This document shows positions 1 through 13,413 of a DNA stretch of 64,000 bases, piece by piece. Source of the DNA: Thelocarpon superellum (taxonomy: Eukaryota); the NCBI GenBank assembly GCA_026025795.1, contig JAPEUG010000025.1, forward strand, positions 1 through 64,000. The letters are read 5' to 3'. The translations under genes were made by a program, and so were the position numbers. Every line of letters begins with the position of its first letter. The stretch's first letter is position 1. The notes beneath the pieces were generated by a model that saw only the letters and a program-made list of their open reading frames with translations, was not told the origin of the DNA and made no database searches.

Positions 1-203
1 AGGGAATCTCCCGACGACTGAACCCGCAATCAGGCCGTGTATTGCTACCGCAGCAGCGGGACGGAATCACCCAACAAGTATTCGTGGAGGGAGTCGAGCG
101 AGGGAAGGCAAATCTAGTCAAGATGCGTTGGAAGGTGTCGTATAAGCTGGGGCCCGAGACGCGTGCGCAGCAGGGCGAGGTGACGTCGTTGGGCGACTTG
201 TGA
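1..203 (+). CDS. 3' end of a GGA-type (VHS-GAT-GAE) clathrin adaptor, gamma-adaptin ear domain; partial
   Basis: Frame from nt 3 reads GISRRLNPQSGRVLLPQQRDGITQQVFVEGVERGKANLVKMRWKVSYKLGPETRAQQGEVTSLGDL*, resembling the C-terminal GAE domain of fungal GGA proteins. TGA at 201-203. Not in the ORF track. Confidence 0.7.
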   Translation, partial: GISRRLNPQSGRVLLPQQRDGITQQVFVEGVERGKANLVKMRWKVSYKLGPETRAQQGEVTSLGDL

Positions 204-403
204 CATGTACCTTCCTGTGCGGTAGCCACGATGAGGAAGACGATGAAGACGAAGATGAGCGAAGGAATTGACGCCATGCATGAGTGATTGAGTCCTAATT
301 TTCTCGCGTGACCATGCAAGAGAAGCTACTGTGAGCATGATTTCTATTCTTTTTCCTTTCCTCTTTCGAATGGCAATGGACATCATCATGATGATCGGTC
401 AGA

Positions 404-480
404 GTGATGGTGATGGTGGTGGTGATGGTGATGATGATGGTGATGGTGGTGGTGATGGTGATGGTGATGATGGTGACAGT
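404..480. repeat. (GGT/GAT)n compound microsatellite
   Basis: Visible run of gtgatg/gtggtg units; further (CTTCCA)n near 587-610 and (TCTTCA)n near 663-686. Confidence 0.9.
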
Positions 481-910
481 CACGGCGAAGATCAGGTCGA
501 TTAGCGAGATGAAATTCCATACACCCCTCACCCTCCCTCCCCCCAGGTGATATGCACGCGCTGTGGAGAGACTATTGCTTGTTTCCTCTTCCACTTCTAC
601 TTCCACTTCCGCATGATACCGTACATCTTGACTTTGAAGACGACGGCATAACACATGCTTTCTCTTCATCTTCATCTTCATCTTCATGACTGGCCCGCTG
701 GCTGGCGAGAATTGAGTCTCGCTCCTGTCAACTCCGACATCAACTCAAGCGCCATATCGAATATCCAAAACGTCACACCGAGCATAAGTATGCCCACGCC
801 GTCCTGCGGCAGGAGACATCCCAAAACCGTCAACTATCCCTGTCCTTGCTCCTACTCCTTTCCCCGTCCCTCGGCCTGCTCCTGTTCCCCGCCGTACCTG
901 AACAGGCGCT

Positions 911-2879
911 TTACTTTCCCAGTGGCGAGGTTAGTGCAAGTCGGGCCTGTCGATCGGCTCGTTGGCCTCTCCACCGCGGACCCCATTTCGCCTCCATCCA
1001 GATGAGGGGCGTGACGGCGATGATAATGCCAGCCAGCAAGGCAAAGAGACGCACGGATTTGAGCTTCTCTAGTAGCGTTTGACCCACGCCACTGCCGACG
1101 GCGCTGAAGCCCGACGCAACAATGCTTGAGACCGCGATAGCACTGGCCGTCTTGCCGGGAAAGAGATCAATGATCAGCGTGCGGATCATGATGGCCATGC
1201 CAACCGTCGCAAACTCCACTGCGCGTCCCACGTCGTCAGCAGAGTCCGTCGTGTGGGGCAAGGGGCTAGGAGATGGAGTGCGGTAAACGTACTAGCGCAG
1301 TGGATGGCGACGAACAGGAACAAGGACTTTTGGTCCATGACAACCCCAAAGACAAAGACAAAGAAGACAAATGGCACGAGCACCCAGCATAGTTGCTGCA
1401 GGCGAGCGTGTTCAAGGGGGAAATCCTGGGGAATGGTCTCCCGATTGATGCTGAAGCTGGCCGGCAGATTGTGGGTGTAGCGATAGAGCGTCTCTTCCTG
1501 TTGGAAATTTCGATCCAAGGTCCGTCCCATGACGAGGGCGGCAATGATGGTCGTGATGCCACTCGGGATCGCGACCATCCCAATCTGCACAGGCGTGAGG
1601 TGGTACCGTCTGGCCAGCAGCGGAGACGACAGGGACCCGGTCAAGCCGATGCACATGAAGGTGATGCTGACGAAGAGCACCGTCACCAGAATGTCCTTTT
1701 CGCGAAGGTATTGAAAGGGCGCAACGAACGTGCGCCAGCTGATGGGCGCCTGCTTCGGCTGTGTCTTGGTTGTCTGGCCGGGTTCACATTCTGGCTCCTG
1801 GATCAACTTGAAGTCATACGCAGGCGGTCGGTACGCGAGGCCGAGGAGCTTCACCGAGCCATTCCCGGCGATGGGACGGTGCGTCTCAGGGAGAAAGAGG
1901 AAGAGAAGCAGGTTGGTGACGGCCTCGAAGAAGAGCAGAAAGTAGAAGATGCTGTGGAATCCATAGTTCTGGGCCAAATATCCGCCAAACACCGGGCCAA
2001 AGGTCGTGGCGACTTCGCCAAGTCCATGCGCAATCCCAAAATAGGTGCCCCGGTCGGCGGCGGGGAAGATGTCGGCCAAGATGCCCGTAGCTGGGTGCGG
2101 CGTTAGCAGAAGGGCTTCCAAGGTGAAGCGTCAAGACGTACAGATGGCCATAATGCTCGCACTTCCGATACCCTGCAGCGCACGGAAGCCTGCCAAAGCC
2201 GCGATGGTGTTGGTCACCGTGGCCAAGCCCAGATTAGCCAGGATAGCAATCAGGAGGCCCAGAATGATCGTTTGCCGCCGACCCAAGTTATCCGCCAGGG
2301 GTCCCCAGATGATTGGAGCCACCCCGGACCCGATCGTATGCGCGCTGAGGGCAACGGAAAGGGTGGTGAGCTTGATGTGCAGTTCCTATGACCGTCAGCA
2401 GGTCGGACGAGGTGCGGCGGTGGCAATACCTTGGCGATGAGGGTCTGAGCCGGGGAAAAGGTACTGTATGACAGGGACGTGGTCGCGCTGGCCAAGCACA
2501 CCAGCGCCATGATCTGGAATTTGGCACCCTTGGACAGCACATGATAGGGCGGGTCTGGAACATGCTTCCAGCTGTCGTTTTCCTCCTCCCTACGTAGAGA
2601 TTCCGGCGTCATGCTTGGCGATCGCAAGTTCTGCGGGCCGAGCGCCATCGACATGCGATGAAGACTCTTGCGGGCGGCATCGATGACCCGAGCGCTCTGT
2701 TCGTGCACTGAGGCTCGTCGATGCTTGACGGCAGAGAAGCGGGGGCTGGCGAAGCCATCGTCGCGCGATGACTGATGGGTTCCGTATCGCGAGGGTGAAC
2801 CGTAATCCTCTTCTGGGTACTTGGGAATCTTCAGGGGAGCTGGCTTGAGTTCCACGGCTTGTGGAGAATAATGCATCAT
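911..2879 (-). CDS. MFS transporter, DHA1 (QDR-like) drug:H+ antiporter family; 4 exons
   Basis: Motifs APIIWGPLADNLGRR, FRALQGIG, ADIFPAADRG, GPVFGGYL and FLPETHR. GT-AG introns at 2386-2429, 2091-2141 and 1219-1292 join the ORF pieces in frame. Confidence 0.9.
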
Positions 2880-4086
2880 GACGAAGCAGAAGCGATGGCC
2901 AAAGTTGTCGTCGCCCAGACGCCGTGGAGACATGGCTCTCTTATGTCTCCACGGGCCGGCGCGGTGGTGCACCCGTGTTGAGCTCGGCACATCACACCAA
3001 ACGGCATCTGATCCTTCCCAGGCATCATGGCGTTGCAGTCCCAGCCAGGGCTGTCAAGAGTGGTGGTTGTATGAAATGCACCCACGACACAAGGATGCCA
3101 ATGCATCCATAACGGACATGAGAGCACAGATGTTGGTCTGGCATATGGTGAGTTGCTACAATTGGCCCGACGGATGCAACACTCTGAAGCTCTATGGGAC
3201 CCGTTGCACGGATGGGTGTGGGGAGCCTGGCAGGGCCAGGCCGTAGCGTGAATCTCTCGCGTATCACCTCCGTCGAGAGGGCCTGTCGACTGTCGGGCTG
3301 ACCTGACCACCCCTCTGCCGGGACCCTAGGCGTTGGAGCTGCATGTGCCACGGCATGTATAAGTATGCACACGGCGCACCAAGCGAGTGAGCATGACACA
3401 CGAACGAGCTGTACGTCGCAGCAACGTGAAGGGAGAGGTCCTGATACAGACTCCCCGTTGGAAATGCCAGCTTGGTGCCGTGCGAGACGCTTGGCAAGCT
3501 CAGGTTGCTTGCCCTCGCTAAGGGAGCTGTCACTCGCCGGGTAATAACGAGCCCGGATTACGGTGTCAAATACGAGACAGACACGTGACAGATACCACAC
3601 GTTTCCAGCAGGACAATCGACCGGCGGACCTGTCCATTCGTCTGTCAGGTCCCTTGTAGGCCAACGTCATACGACTCTCGGGGCGATCGGGCTTGGCCAG
3701 GCGTGGAAGGCGTGCAAGCCACTTCGGCGAAGCCGGAGCAGCAATTCAGGCGCCGCAGTGGACACCGTGAATACAGCTTGGTAGGGGGGATGCCGGCTCG
3801 CTTCGCTTCGTGCGCCCTGGTTCTCGGATGTATCAGCGGGTGGCGTAGAGCGCGCAAGTCTACATATAACATACTCATACTGTGGCGAGTATGTTAGTGA
3901 CTCCTAGAGCATTCAAGTCGCGCTGCTTGGGCCCACGGTCAGTTAGTAACCGAGCATTGGCGTACTGCCAGCGCTCGAGTCCCCCGCAGCTGAAACTACA
4001 CACTATTTCGCCTACAGCACCAAGTCTCACGCATCCTCGATCCACCACGATCGTGGGCATCAGGCCGCGATCCATTGCGACAATGT

Positions 4087-4992
4087 CTAATTGATTCTGC
4101 TTCCGCGATGAATCAAAGATGCTTCTGGACACCAGGCTTTCAGCGTCTCCAGACTTTCGCCCTGCCACCACCGCCATGGTTGATGAAGACCCAGCGGCGT
4201 CGCATGCCAGACGGTCTCGGTGCTGAATTTGCTGGCGACGTCAAGGCTGGGTAACCTCGAGGATTCCAAGTCGTCGCCCTGCTGTTCCAGTCGATGGAGT
4301 TTGTCGAAGAACCATTGATCTTCGAAAGTGTCGTGCTCGGACCAGTTGTACGTGCGAACGACGTCTAGCATCCGTTCCCGCCGGCGCAAGGACAACCCCC
4401 CATTGTAACCTTGGCCGTACTCGGACGCAATAGGCGCCCCGACAAAGTCGTACTCGAGGAAGTCTTCGACGCGCTGGTGAGAGTTGGCGCAGAGGACGCT
4501 GTCACTCTGGAAGACCAGCACGTGCGAGGCCGGTGCCAGCTGCTCCCAGATCCACGCCCGGGTCAGGAAGTGCGAGACGCCGGCAGCAGAGGTGAGGACC
4601 GCATCAGCTGGTAGTGAACTGAGATGCATCTGGCCCTGCGCGATGAGTCGCTGGATCGCCGGCGCGTCGAAGAGGCCGACATTGTCCGGGCCATGATACG
4701 TGTGTATCGTCCAGTCCGGGCCCAGGACGCTGGCAAAGTGCAGAATCAGGGAGACCAAGTTCGGAAGGACAGCGGTCTCTATTATCAAGGCCGCCTTGGA
4801 TCCCGGCATGCTGGAGCTGCCTGCCTGCCTGCCCGGACAGTCGCAGGAACCGAGCCAGCACGTCTGGCCGGCATGCTTGCTGATTCTTGATAGCGATGGA
4901 TGGACCGCGGGAAGGCGAAGGAATCCTTGGTAGAGGGCGATCAGGACGACAAGGGCGAGGGCGGCGCTCATGGCCCGCTGCGCAAAAATCAT
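4087..4992 (-). CDS. DUF5672-family protein with N-terminal signal anchor
   Basis: Hydrophobic N-terminus (MIFAQRAMSAALALVVLIALY); motifs LILHFASVLGPDW, VLVFQSDSVLCANS, YDFVGAP, NGGLSLR and EDQWF. Confidence 0.8.
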   Translation of the reverse strand: MIFAQRAMSAALALVVLIALYQGFLRLPAVHPSLSRISKHAGQTCWLGSCDCPGRQAGSSSMPGSKAALIIETAVLPNLVSLILHFASVLGPDWTIHTYHGPDNVGLFDAPAIQRLIAQGQMHLSSLPADAVLTSAAGVSHFLTRAWIWEQLAPASHVLVFQSDSVLCANSHQRVEDFLEYDFVGAPIASEYGQGYNGGLSLRRRERMLDVVRTYNWSEHDTFEDQWFFDKLHRLEQQGDDLESSRLPSLDVASKFSTETVWHATPLGLHQPWRWWQGESLETLKAWCPEASLIHRGSRIN

Positions 4993-6964
4993 ATTGATTA
5001 GAGAGGTTGAGGCTGGCTGGAGGCGTCCGGCATGCTGGATGCCAATATCTCGACCTGAGCCTGGCTGGCTCAAGTCCGTTCCACGTGTCTATAGCTTCGG
5101 TATCAGACGCCTTCTTTCAAGTCGCCGTTACCCCAGTCCGTTGTAATCCTGCTGATGGGATTGGTGAACGTCGCCCATGAAAGTCGTCCATTGTGAAACC
5201 ATCCTCGCATTGATGCACCCCTTGAACGACTGGGGAGGTGATACGTCTCAAGCGAGAGGGGAGGGGCATCGCCGGCTCGAAAGCGGCAAATCAGGCTTCA
5301 AAGGAGATACTCACACGTATGCTACCAGAATCGAGGATATTATTTGCTCCGCCTTTGCCCGGAAGGTACCGCGTCACCCATGGCCTTCCATCGACTACTT
5401 CCCAATAGAAGAATCCCCGAAACTTTACGCATTGACATGAATTCGTAATCAACGCGCCTCTCGCATGAGACACAACCTCTCCCGAGATGATAAAGGCGCA
5501 CTTAACTTTACGGGTGGTCAAATAATGAACGACCTTCACAGGTGACATCCTATTCAATCCTTCAACGGTGTCCTCAATCCTATATGCAGCACATATCCTA
5601 GTTCGGATAACATGATGGTTGACGTGGGCACGGTGCATCTGGTGGTCATTTCTCGTATCTGCAGGCCGAGAGACGTAGTGCGAAGCGCGATTATGCACAC
5701 TGCAGACTCCTCGGCCAGAGCGCTTGGCGCCCCCATCGACGATGCGTCGGGCGAGCGGCGTTCGCGGAATATCAGGAGATGGAAAGGTCATGGCTAGCAG
5801 CTCGAGGTCAGGTGGACGTGGGCATGTCAGAGGCATCAGACTTCATCGCATGGGTGCTCAGCGCGTTGGTGGAGCGGGTGCCGCAGTGCGGCGTTACACC
5901 GCGCACCTGTGCCAGCGTGACCATCCCGACATGCTGGAGGCTTGGGTCCGGTCTGGGTCCACCGCTGCTACCCGCCCCGACCAAAGGCGGTGTGGAGGGC
6001 ATGGCAGATGGCCGGACTATAGGCCAATCTGCTCGGCAAAGCTGGTGATCGTCGGGCGCCGCGTAAGATCCAGCTCAGTCTCAGTCGTTCGACCACACCG
6101 GCCATCCCCGCGCGCATGCCACCATCCTCCGCCACTTTGGCATCGACCGTCCGAGTCGCGGCCAAGCCCTCGGACGTGACAGCCAACAATGAGATCACGT
6201 TCCCCTCTTGCCCAGCAGAGGACTTCGTGGTCCCAGCGCTGCCAGAGACGGCGCCCGTGAGAGATGATAAGCGACTGTATCTTGCTCACGGCGGGAGCGC
6301 CGTAGGGTGAGCGACAACATGACCCGACCCACTACTCGGACTGAATCGCAAGATTCTGCCCTTCGTATTCGCCGTGGCGCTCGCTCCCCCCGCACGGGTC
6401 AGACGAGCGGGCGAGGTGAGAAGTACTAAAAGTAGTGCTTTAGTTATGTCACTCGTACCTTCGTACCAGATCAACTCCCATAAGAAACGTAAGCATTGGT
6501 CGTCGTCCGCATACTGTCAAGCCAGCCTGCTCGTCCGTGCGGGCTAGTGGCGCCCGTCTGTTTGATCACAAGCGCACTCCCGTCCCCGCCTCACGCCGTT
6601 TTGCACGCCAATAATGCTGGTCCGTTTCCGCCGCTCACCCCGCACCCCTCCTTTGGGAGACTCTGGCGCTGCGTATCCGCCGCAGTTAGACCGGAGTTGC
6701 TTCGTCGTCTCCCTAGGGCCAAGGCCCAACACACTGCGGCCGCTGACCGCCTTGTCCACGGGATGAATGGCTGAAACACACGTCCCCGTTCGCCCGTGCA
6801 TCAGACAACATATAGCACCTCGACCTTTGCCCTCGTCGCCGTGCGCTCATCCTCACTCTGACCGAGCTGGCTTGCGGACTCTGCTTGGCCTGCTCTAGGC
6901 TTGAGAAAGTCCTGCTGTGAAGGCCAGCCCTCCGCCATCTCCATTGACCTGACCTCTCATCACC

Positions 6965-9827
6965 ATGGCCAGCTCTACCGCGTCGGCCGCGGCCACGTCG
7001 ACCAAGGTCCCAGCCCAAGGTGGGATTCTCGAGGGCGCCAATCCGTCCGTGTTCGATCCTAAGAATCCTATCATCGTCTTCATCATACAGGCGGGCATCA
7101 TCATCGTCTTTTGCCGCCTGTTGCATTTCCCGCTCTCCCGCATCCGCCAGCCCCGTGTCATCGCCGAGGTCATCGGCGGCATCCTCCTGGGTCCCTCCGT
7201 CATGGGCCGTATTCCCGGCTTCACCAACGCCATCTTCCCCCCGGTCTCTCTGCCTCCCTTGACCATGGCCGCCAACCTGGGCCTCATTCTTTTTCTCTTC
7301 CTCGTCGGGCTCGAGGTCGACCTTCGAATCTTCAAGCTCAACTGGCGCGTGGCTCTGAGCGTCAGCGCCGCCGGCATGGCTCTCCCCTTTGGCTTAGGCT
7401 GCGCCATCGCCTGGGGTCTGTACAACCAGTTCCGCGACGAGCCGGGCACCGTCCACATCAGCTTTGGTGTGTACATGCTGTTCATCGGGGTAGCCATGGC
7501 GATCACGGTCGGTTCAACCCATGCGATCGTCGGGACACCAAACTGACTGCGAGCGCGCCCCAGGCCTTCCCCGTCCTGTGCCGTATTCTCACCGAGCTGA
7601 AGCTCCTACATACCGAGGTTGGAGTGATCGTGCTCTCCGCTGGCGTCGGCAACGACGTGACGGGGTGGATTCTCTTGGCCTTGTGTGTCGCGCTCGTCAA
7701 CGCGGGAACGGGTCTGACGGCGCTGTGGGTGCTCCTGACGTGTGTGGCCTACGTTCTCTTCTTGGTGTACGTCGTACGTCCGGCGTTCATCTGGTTGCTG
7801 CGCCGTACGGGGAGCCTCCACAACGGCCCGACGCAGTCCATCGTGGCCTTGACGGTGCTGATGGCGCTGTCCTCGGCCTTCTTCACCGGCATCATCGGCG
7901 TCCACCCGATCTTCGGTGGCTTTTTGATCGGCGTCATCTGCCCGCATGACGGCGGGTTTGCCATCAAGCTGACGGAGAAGATTGAGGATCTGGTCAGCGT
8001 CCTCCTCCTTCCGCTCTACTTTGCCCTCTCTGGCCTGAGCACCAATATTGGCCTGCTCAATAATGGCATCACCTGGGCCTATGTCATCGGCGTCATCTCC
8101 GTCGCGTTTGTGGGCAAGGTCATCGGCGGCACCTTGGCCGCGCGCTCCTGCAAGCTCGTGTGGCGCGAGAGCTTGACCATCGGCGTGTTGATGAGCTGCA
8201 AGGGTCTGGTGGAGCTGATCGTCTTGGTATGTCCTCTTGCTCTGCCTCCAGACGATGCGACCGGCACTGATGACCAGGATAGAACATTGGCCTCCAGGCC
8301 AAGATCTTGAGCACGCGTACCTTCACCATCTTCGTCGTCATGGCCCTGATCACCACCTTTGCCACCACCCCGCTCACCACGGCCCTCTATCCGCCGTGGT
8401 ATCAGAAGAAGCTCGCCGCCTGGAAACGCGGCGAGATCGAGTGGGACGGCACCAAGCGCTCACCGACCGACGACGCGAGCGACAAGGACCCCATCGCGAC
8501 GGAGAAGCTACGTCATACCCAGGTCCGTAAACTGTTGGTCCAGCTCCGCCTCGATAGCCTGCCAAGCCTCTTTACCTTCATCGCGCTCCTGGGCGGTACC
8601 GAGCGTCGGCCCACGGTGGAGAAGGTGCATCGCCTTAAACAAGACGGCGCGACGAACGCGGGCGCCGACGGCTATGGCGGAGAAGCTGCCGGTGGGGCGG
8701 GCAAAGCGCCACTGCAGGTGCATGGGCTCCGATTGCTCGAGCTCACGGAGCGAACGTCGAGCGTGATGAAGGGCTCCGAGGCCGAGGACTTTGCGCACCG
8801 TGACCCCATCGTCAACGCCTTCTACACCTTTGGTGCGCTCAACAACGTCGCCGTGTCAGGCGGCCTCGCGGTCGTGCCAGAAGACGCGTACGCTGACACG
8901 CTCACCACCAAGGCTGCCGACCTCTCGTCCGACCTGGTGATCATTCCGTGGAGCGAGACGGGCAGCATCACGGAGGAAGGGCATTCGTTGCTTCAGGAGG
9001 GCAACGAGAATCGCTTCACCAGCGATCCGCACAACCACTTCATCCACGAATCCCTGGCTCACGCCACCTCCGATACAGCCATCTTCGTCAACCGCGGCTT
9101 TGGCGGCACGCGAAAGCATGAGCCGCCGCCGCTGAGTCGGGTGGTGACGGGCCTGAGCATGCGCAGCAATCGCGATGTGGCCACGGCTCCCGTCACCGAT
9201 CGCAGTCATCACATTTTCTTTCCTTTCTTCGGTGGGCCCGATGACCACTCCGCCCTACGCTTCGTGTTGCAGCTCGCCCAGAATGCCAACGTCACGGCCA
9301 CGATCATTCGCGTCGTGGTGCCGCAGGCATCGGGCTCGGGGTCGGGATCCGACCCGGACATCGGCGGCGCGGCTGAAAGTGCCAGCGTCGCCCACCACTT
9401 CCGCCTTCCGCTCCGCAAAGGCGCGACCGAGGTGTCGCCGACCCAGAGCGCAGATTCCACGGACAAGCATGATGGCGCCTTCTTCACCGCCCTCAAAGAC
9501 TCCCTTCCCCGCGCGTTGGAGCGACGGGTGCTCTTCGACACGGTCACGTCGACGCAGCCCCTGAAGGATACTGTCGCTCGCGCCAAGGCCGAGGTGGGCC
9601 TCTCGCCCAACAACGCTGGCGATCTTGTTGTCGTGGGTCGTGGCCGGACTTCCCGCCGTGATGTCCGCAGCGAGCTCATGGCCATGCTCACCCCGCTCGG
9701 CTATCCGACCGCGGACGGTGCCGGCACCCGGGATGCCCTGGGCGATGTGGCGGAGGCCATGCTCGTGGCCGGGCTCAAGGCCAGCGTGCTCGCGCTCCAG
9801 GCTGCAACGCCAAAAACGCTCGGCTGA
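6965..9827 (+). CDS. KHA1: K+/H+ antiporter (CPA2 family); 3 exons
   Basis: QPRVIAEVIGGILLGPS, ITAFPVLCRILTELKLL, GNDVTGWILL and MSCKGLVELIVLNIG. Introns 7508-7563 and 8227-8282. Confidence 0.93.
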
Positions 9828-10094
9828 GCGGAGGTACGGGACGGAAGGGAGATCGTTGGGCTTTGGAGCAGGTACTGGGGGAGTTGTGACGTGAGATGGT
9901 CATGGGGAGCTTGGGGATATCACGTTGTCCGAGCATGAAGCCTACATCATGAGTACTTCGTACCATATGTCTAGCGAGTATATAGCACCGTTCAAGCAAT
10001 ACTCCAGCCGCTGTCGGGGGCAACGAATCCCGTCACCCCCACGGGCGAGAGTCCGCTGCATGTCTCGTTCAGTCATGCCGTACGCTGTATTCTT

Positions 10095-10120
10095 GTCACG
10101 TGACGGCCGCCGAAAAATTT
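10095..10120. promoter_or_regulatory. Cbf1/bHLH-type palindrome GTCACGTGAC followed by an RRPE-like GAAAAATTT upstream of the IF2 gene
   Basis: Motifs lie 60-85 nt upstream of the inferred ATG at 10180; function inferred from yeast motifs. Confidence 0.4.
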
Positions 10121-10179
10121 CGGGCGAGCTCAACCTCGGACGCTTCGGGGCTCCGGATCTCATTGTGCAGCAGTTGACG

Positions 10180-13023
10180 ATGAGTGGTCGCCGGACCTTG
10201 ACGGTAAGCCCCACTCTTGAGGGCGGCAAGCTGTTGAAATCCCTGCGCCATACGAAGACTGATACCATGGTAGAGTAAGAGAAGCCCTTTCATCTGCCTC
10301 TTCTGCGCCCGGAGCTTCACCACTCGGGCCATTACCCTCGCACACCACACGCCATGGAGCCCCGACCGTCGCTTCATCCACTTGACCCGCTATGCTGGGC
10401 GCTCGAGACCCCAGCGAAGTGGTCCTGTGGGAGAGGGCAATGTGGTACCGCCAGTTCGTCCGGCAACCTCCAAAGGTCCTCCTTCAGAACACGTTCTTCG
10501 CATCCGTACCGTCTCGCCGAGGCTGAAGGCCGATCAAAACGATGACCGAATGACCGACGATCACCAGGGGAAGAAAGTCTCCCAGAAATCGAAGCGAGGC
10601 ACGATCGCGGCAGCACCCTCGGGCTTCCGAATTGTCCGATCCGTGGTCGCGGACACCCTCATGACGGGCGCCGGCCTGTCGAATGCTCCCCTCAACGTCA
10701 TTCGGGCCCCAATGCGTGTCCCCCGGACAGAGGTGGCTCCGCGGACTGCGATCCGTCGACCGGAGCCCGACCGTCCCGATCCGGCACTGGTCAGCTACCG
10801 CCCTGCGGTCGTTGAGAAGAGCGCGGCGGATGATGGTGCCGGTCCCAGTACCTGGTTGGCCGAAGGAGCAGCGTCAGAGGAAACGCGCCCGCGAAAAGAG
10901 TGGATGGATTCGGTTCCACGCGAGGTGGACACAAGCAAGACTGAACGAGAGCGACAGCAGCGTCGAGAGGCCAAATTTGCTATGGACAGCTCGACCGAGC
11001 CAGCCCGGTTCTCGCCGCGGAGACGACCGCAGCATTCATCCAGCTACCGGGATGAGGATGAAGAAGGATTTGACCGGGCCGAGCTTAAGCGGCAGCGGAA
11101 GCGGGAGCGCGCGGCGCAGAAGCTGATTCCTGATCCCACCCCCATCGCCATCCCGTCGTTTGTAAGCGTCGGAGATCTAGCCCGACTGTTGAAGGTGCGG
11201 CCCGAGGCCTTTCTCCGGAAACTAGCGACGCTCGGATTTGAAGAGATGCATTACGACCATATCTTAAACGCTGAGACGGCGGGGCTGGTGGCGATGGAAT
11301 ACAACTTTGCGCCCGTGCAGGACGACATGGAGATGGACGACCTCCAGGCGCGTCCGGCTCCAAGCGACAAGACCCAGCTCCCGGCGCGACCGCCAGTGGT
11401 GACGATCATGGGCCACGTCGACCACGGGAAGACCACGCTCCTCGACTACTTGCGTCAGTCGTCCGTCGCGGCCTCGGAAGCGGGAGGCATCACCCAACAT
11501 ATTGGGGCCTTCTCCGTGCCCATGTCTGGTGGCAAAGTCGTCACCTTCCTCGACACACCTGGGCACGCCGCCTTCCTTAGTATGCGCCAGCGTGGTGCAC
11601 ACGTGACCGACATCGTCATCCTCGTCGTCGCGGCCGACGACAGCGTCAAGCCGCAGACGATCGAGGCGATCCGACACGCGCAAGCCGCCAAGGTACCCAT
11701 GATTGTGGCCGTGAGCAAGATCGACAAGGAAGAGGCCAATGTCGAGCGAGTCAAACAAGATCTGGCCCGCCACGGCGTCGAGATTGAAGACTTTGGTGGG
11801 GAGACGCAGGTGGTGTGCGTGAGTGGCAAGACGGGCGCCGGGATGGCGGAACTGGAGGAAGCCACGGTGACCTTGTCCGAGATTCTCGACTTGCGCGCCG
11901 AGACAGATGGCGCGGTCGAGGGCTGGGTGCTCGAAGCGACGAAGAAGAGCGCCGGGCGGATGGCGACGGTGCTGGTGCGGCGTGGCACCATCCGCGTGGG
12001 TGACCTCCTCGTGGCGGGGACCAGCTGGGCTCGGATTCGGACGCTCCGGAATGAAGCTGGACAGGACGTGGAGGTGGCGGGTCCCGGCACGCCGGTCGCG
12101 GTGGATGGGTGGCGCAAGCAGCCTCAGGCGGGCGACGAGGTCTTACAAGCCGCCGATGAGGCCCAGGCTAAGAGCGTGGTCGAGCACCGGATTGAACGTG
12201 CGGAGCAACGGCAGATGGCCACGGACATGGATGCGATCAATGAGACTCGGCGTCTCGAGCACGAGAAGCGTGAACGCGACGAAGCCATGAAGAAGGGGCT
12301 GGCGGTGGATGAGGTTGGCAGCTCGACGTCTGGCGTTCAGGAGGTTTTTTTCATCATCAAAGGCGACGTCAGCGGATCGATCGAAGCCGTGGTGGACAGC
12401 GTGAGCGCGCTAGGCAACTCGGAAGTTCGACCTCACGTTCTGCGGTCCGGCGTCGGCCCCGTGTCCGAGTTTGACGTGGAGCACGCGGCGGCGGCCAAGG
12501 GTCATATCATCTCCTTCAACACGGCCGTCGATGCCAACATGGCACGTCTCGCGGAAGCCGAAGGCGTGTCGATCTTGGATCACAACATCATCTATCGTCT
12601 GGTGGACGAGGTCAAGGCCAAGCTGTCGGAGCGACTCCCGCCAAATATCATCCAACGGGTCACGGGCGAGGCGGACGTGGCGCAGATCTTTGACATCAAC
12701 ACCAAAGGCCGCGTCCGGAAGCCGTTTGCGGGATGCAAGGTTCGGAATGGTGTGTTGCAACGAACATCCAAAGTGCGCGTCGTGCGCGATGCCAACGTGG
12801 TGTATGATGGTATGTTTTCGGTCCACGTCCCCCACCGCTACCATCCTCGCGGCTGACCTGGATGATGACAGGGACCTTTCACTCGCTCAAACACATCAAG
12901 AAAGACGTGGCGGAAACGCGCAAGGGCGGCGAATGCGGACTAGGCGTTGAAGGATGGGACGAATTCCAAGTGGGCGACCAGATTCAGTGCTACGAGGAGA
13001 AGATTGAGCGGCGGAGTTTGTAG
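10180..13023 (+). CDS. IFM1: Mitochondrial translation initiation factor IF-2; 3 exons
   Basis: GTPase motifs IMGHVDHGKTTLLD, GGITQHIGAF, FLDTPGHAAF and SKID; C-terminus SLKHIKKDVAETRKGGECG. Inferred exon 1 at 10180-10203; introns 10204-10273 and 12810-12871. Confidence 0.93.
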
Positions 13024-13373
13024 GTAGGGTTTTGGATTGTTTCGCATGCGGTGGATCTGCATATAGAGGGTGCTTTTGATGCCTTTCTCCACTCAAATCT
13101 GATCGTTATGCTCTTTGAGATATTGGTGTCGTCCACTCGACCAAACGACAGTTGAGTCAAAAGTGCCTTGCCAAGTCAGCCACGACGACGGGAGTGACCC
13201 TGCTTATGTCGGGGGAGACAGAATATCCACTTCTACCGCTAGTACTCTATAAGTTGGGGGCTCTCTGTTCACTCCGGAGATAGTCCGGGGTACTCCACGT
13301 CGATCAAGGAGATAGTCGGAACCCTCCCGACTAGATCAGCCCAAAATGCTCCGTAGCACAGGGTGTGTCTAAG

Positions 13374-13413
13374 TCTCTCTCTCTCTCGCTCTCTCTCTTT
13401 CTCTCTCTCTCTC
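13374..13413. repeat. (CT)n microsatellite
   Basis: Direct inspection. Confidence 0.9.

Noticed and set aside
295..687. 130-aa minus-strand ORF rich in T/I
   Set aside because: Translation of microsatellites; no protein-like content.
5177..6400. Cluster of short ORFs in a long intergenic region; possible decayed gene or transposon
   Set aside because: No recognisable motif in any frame.
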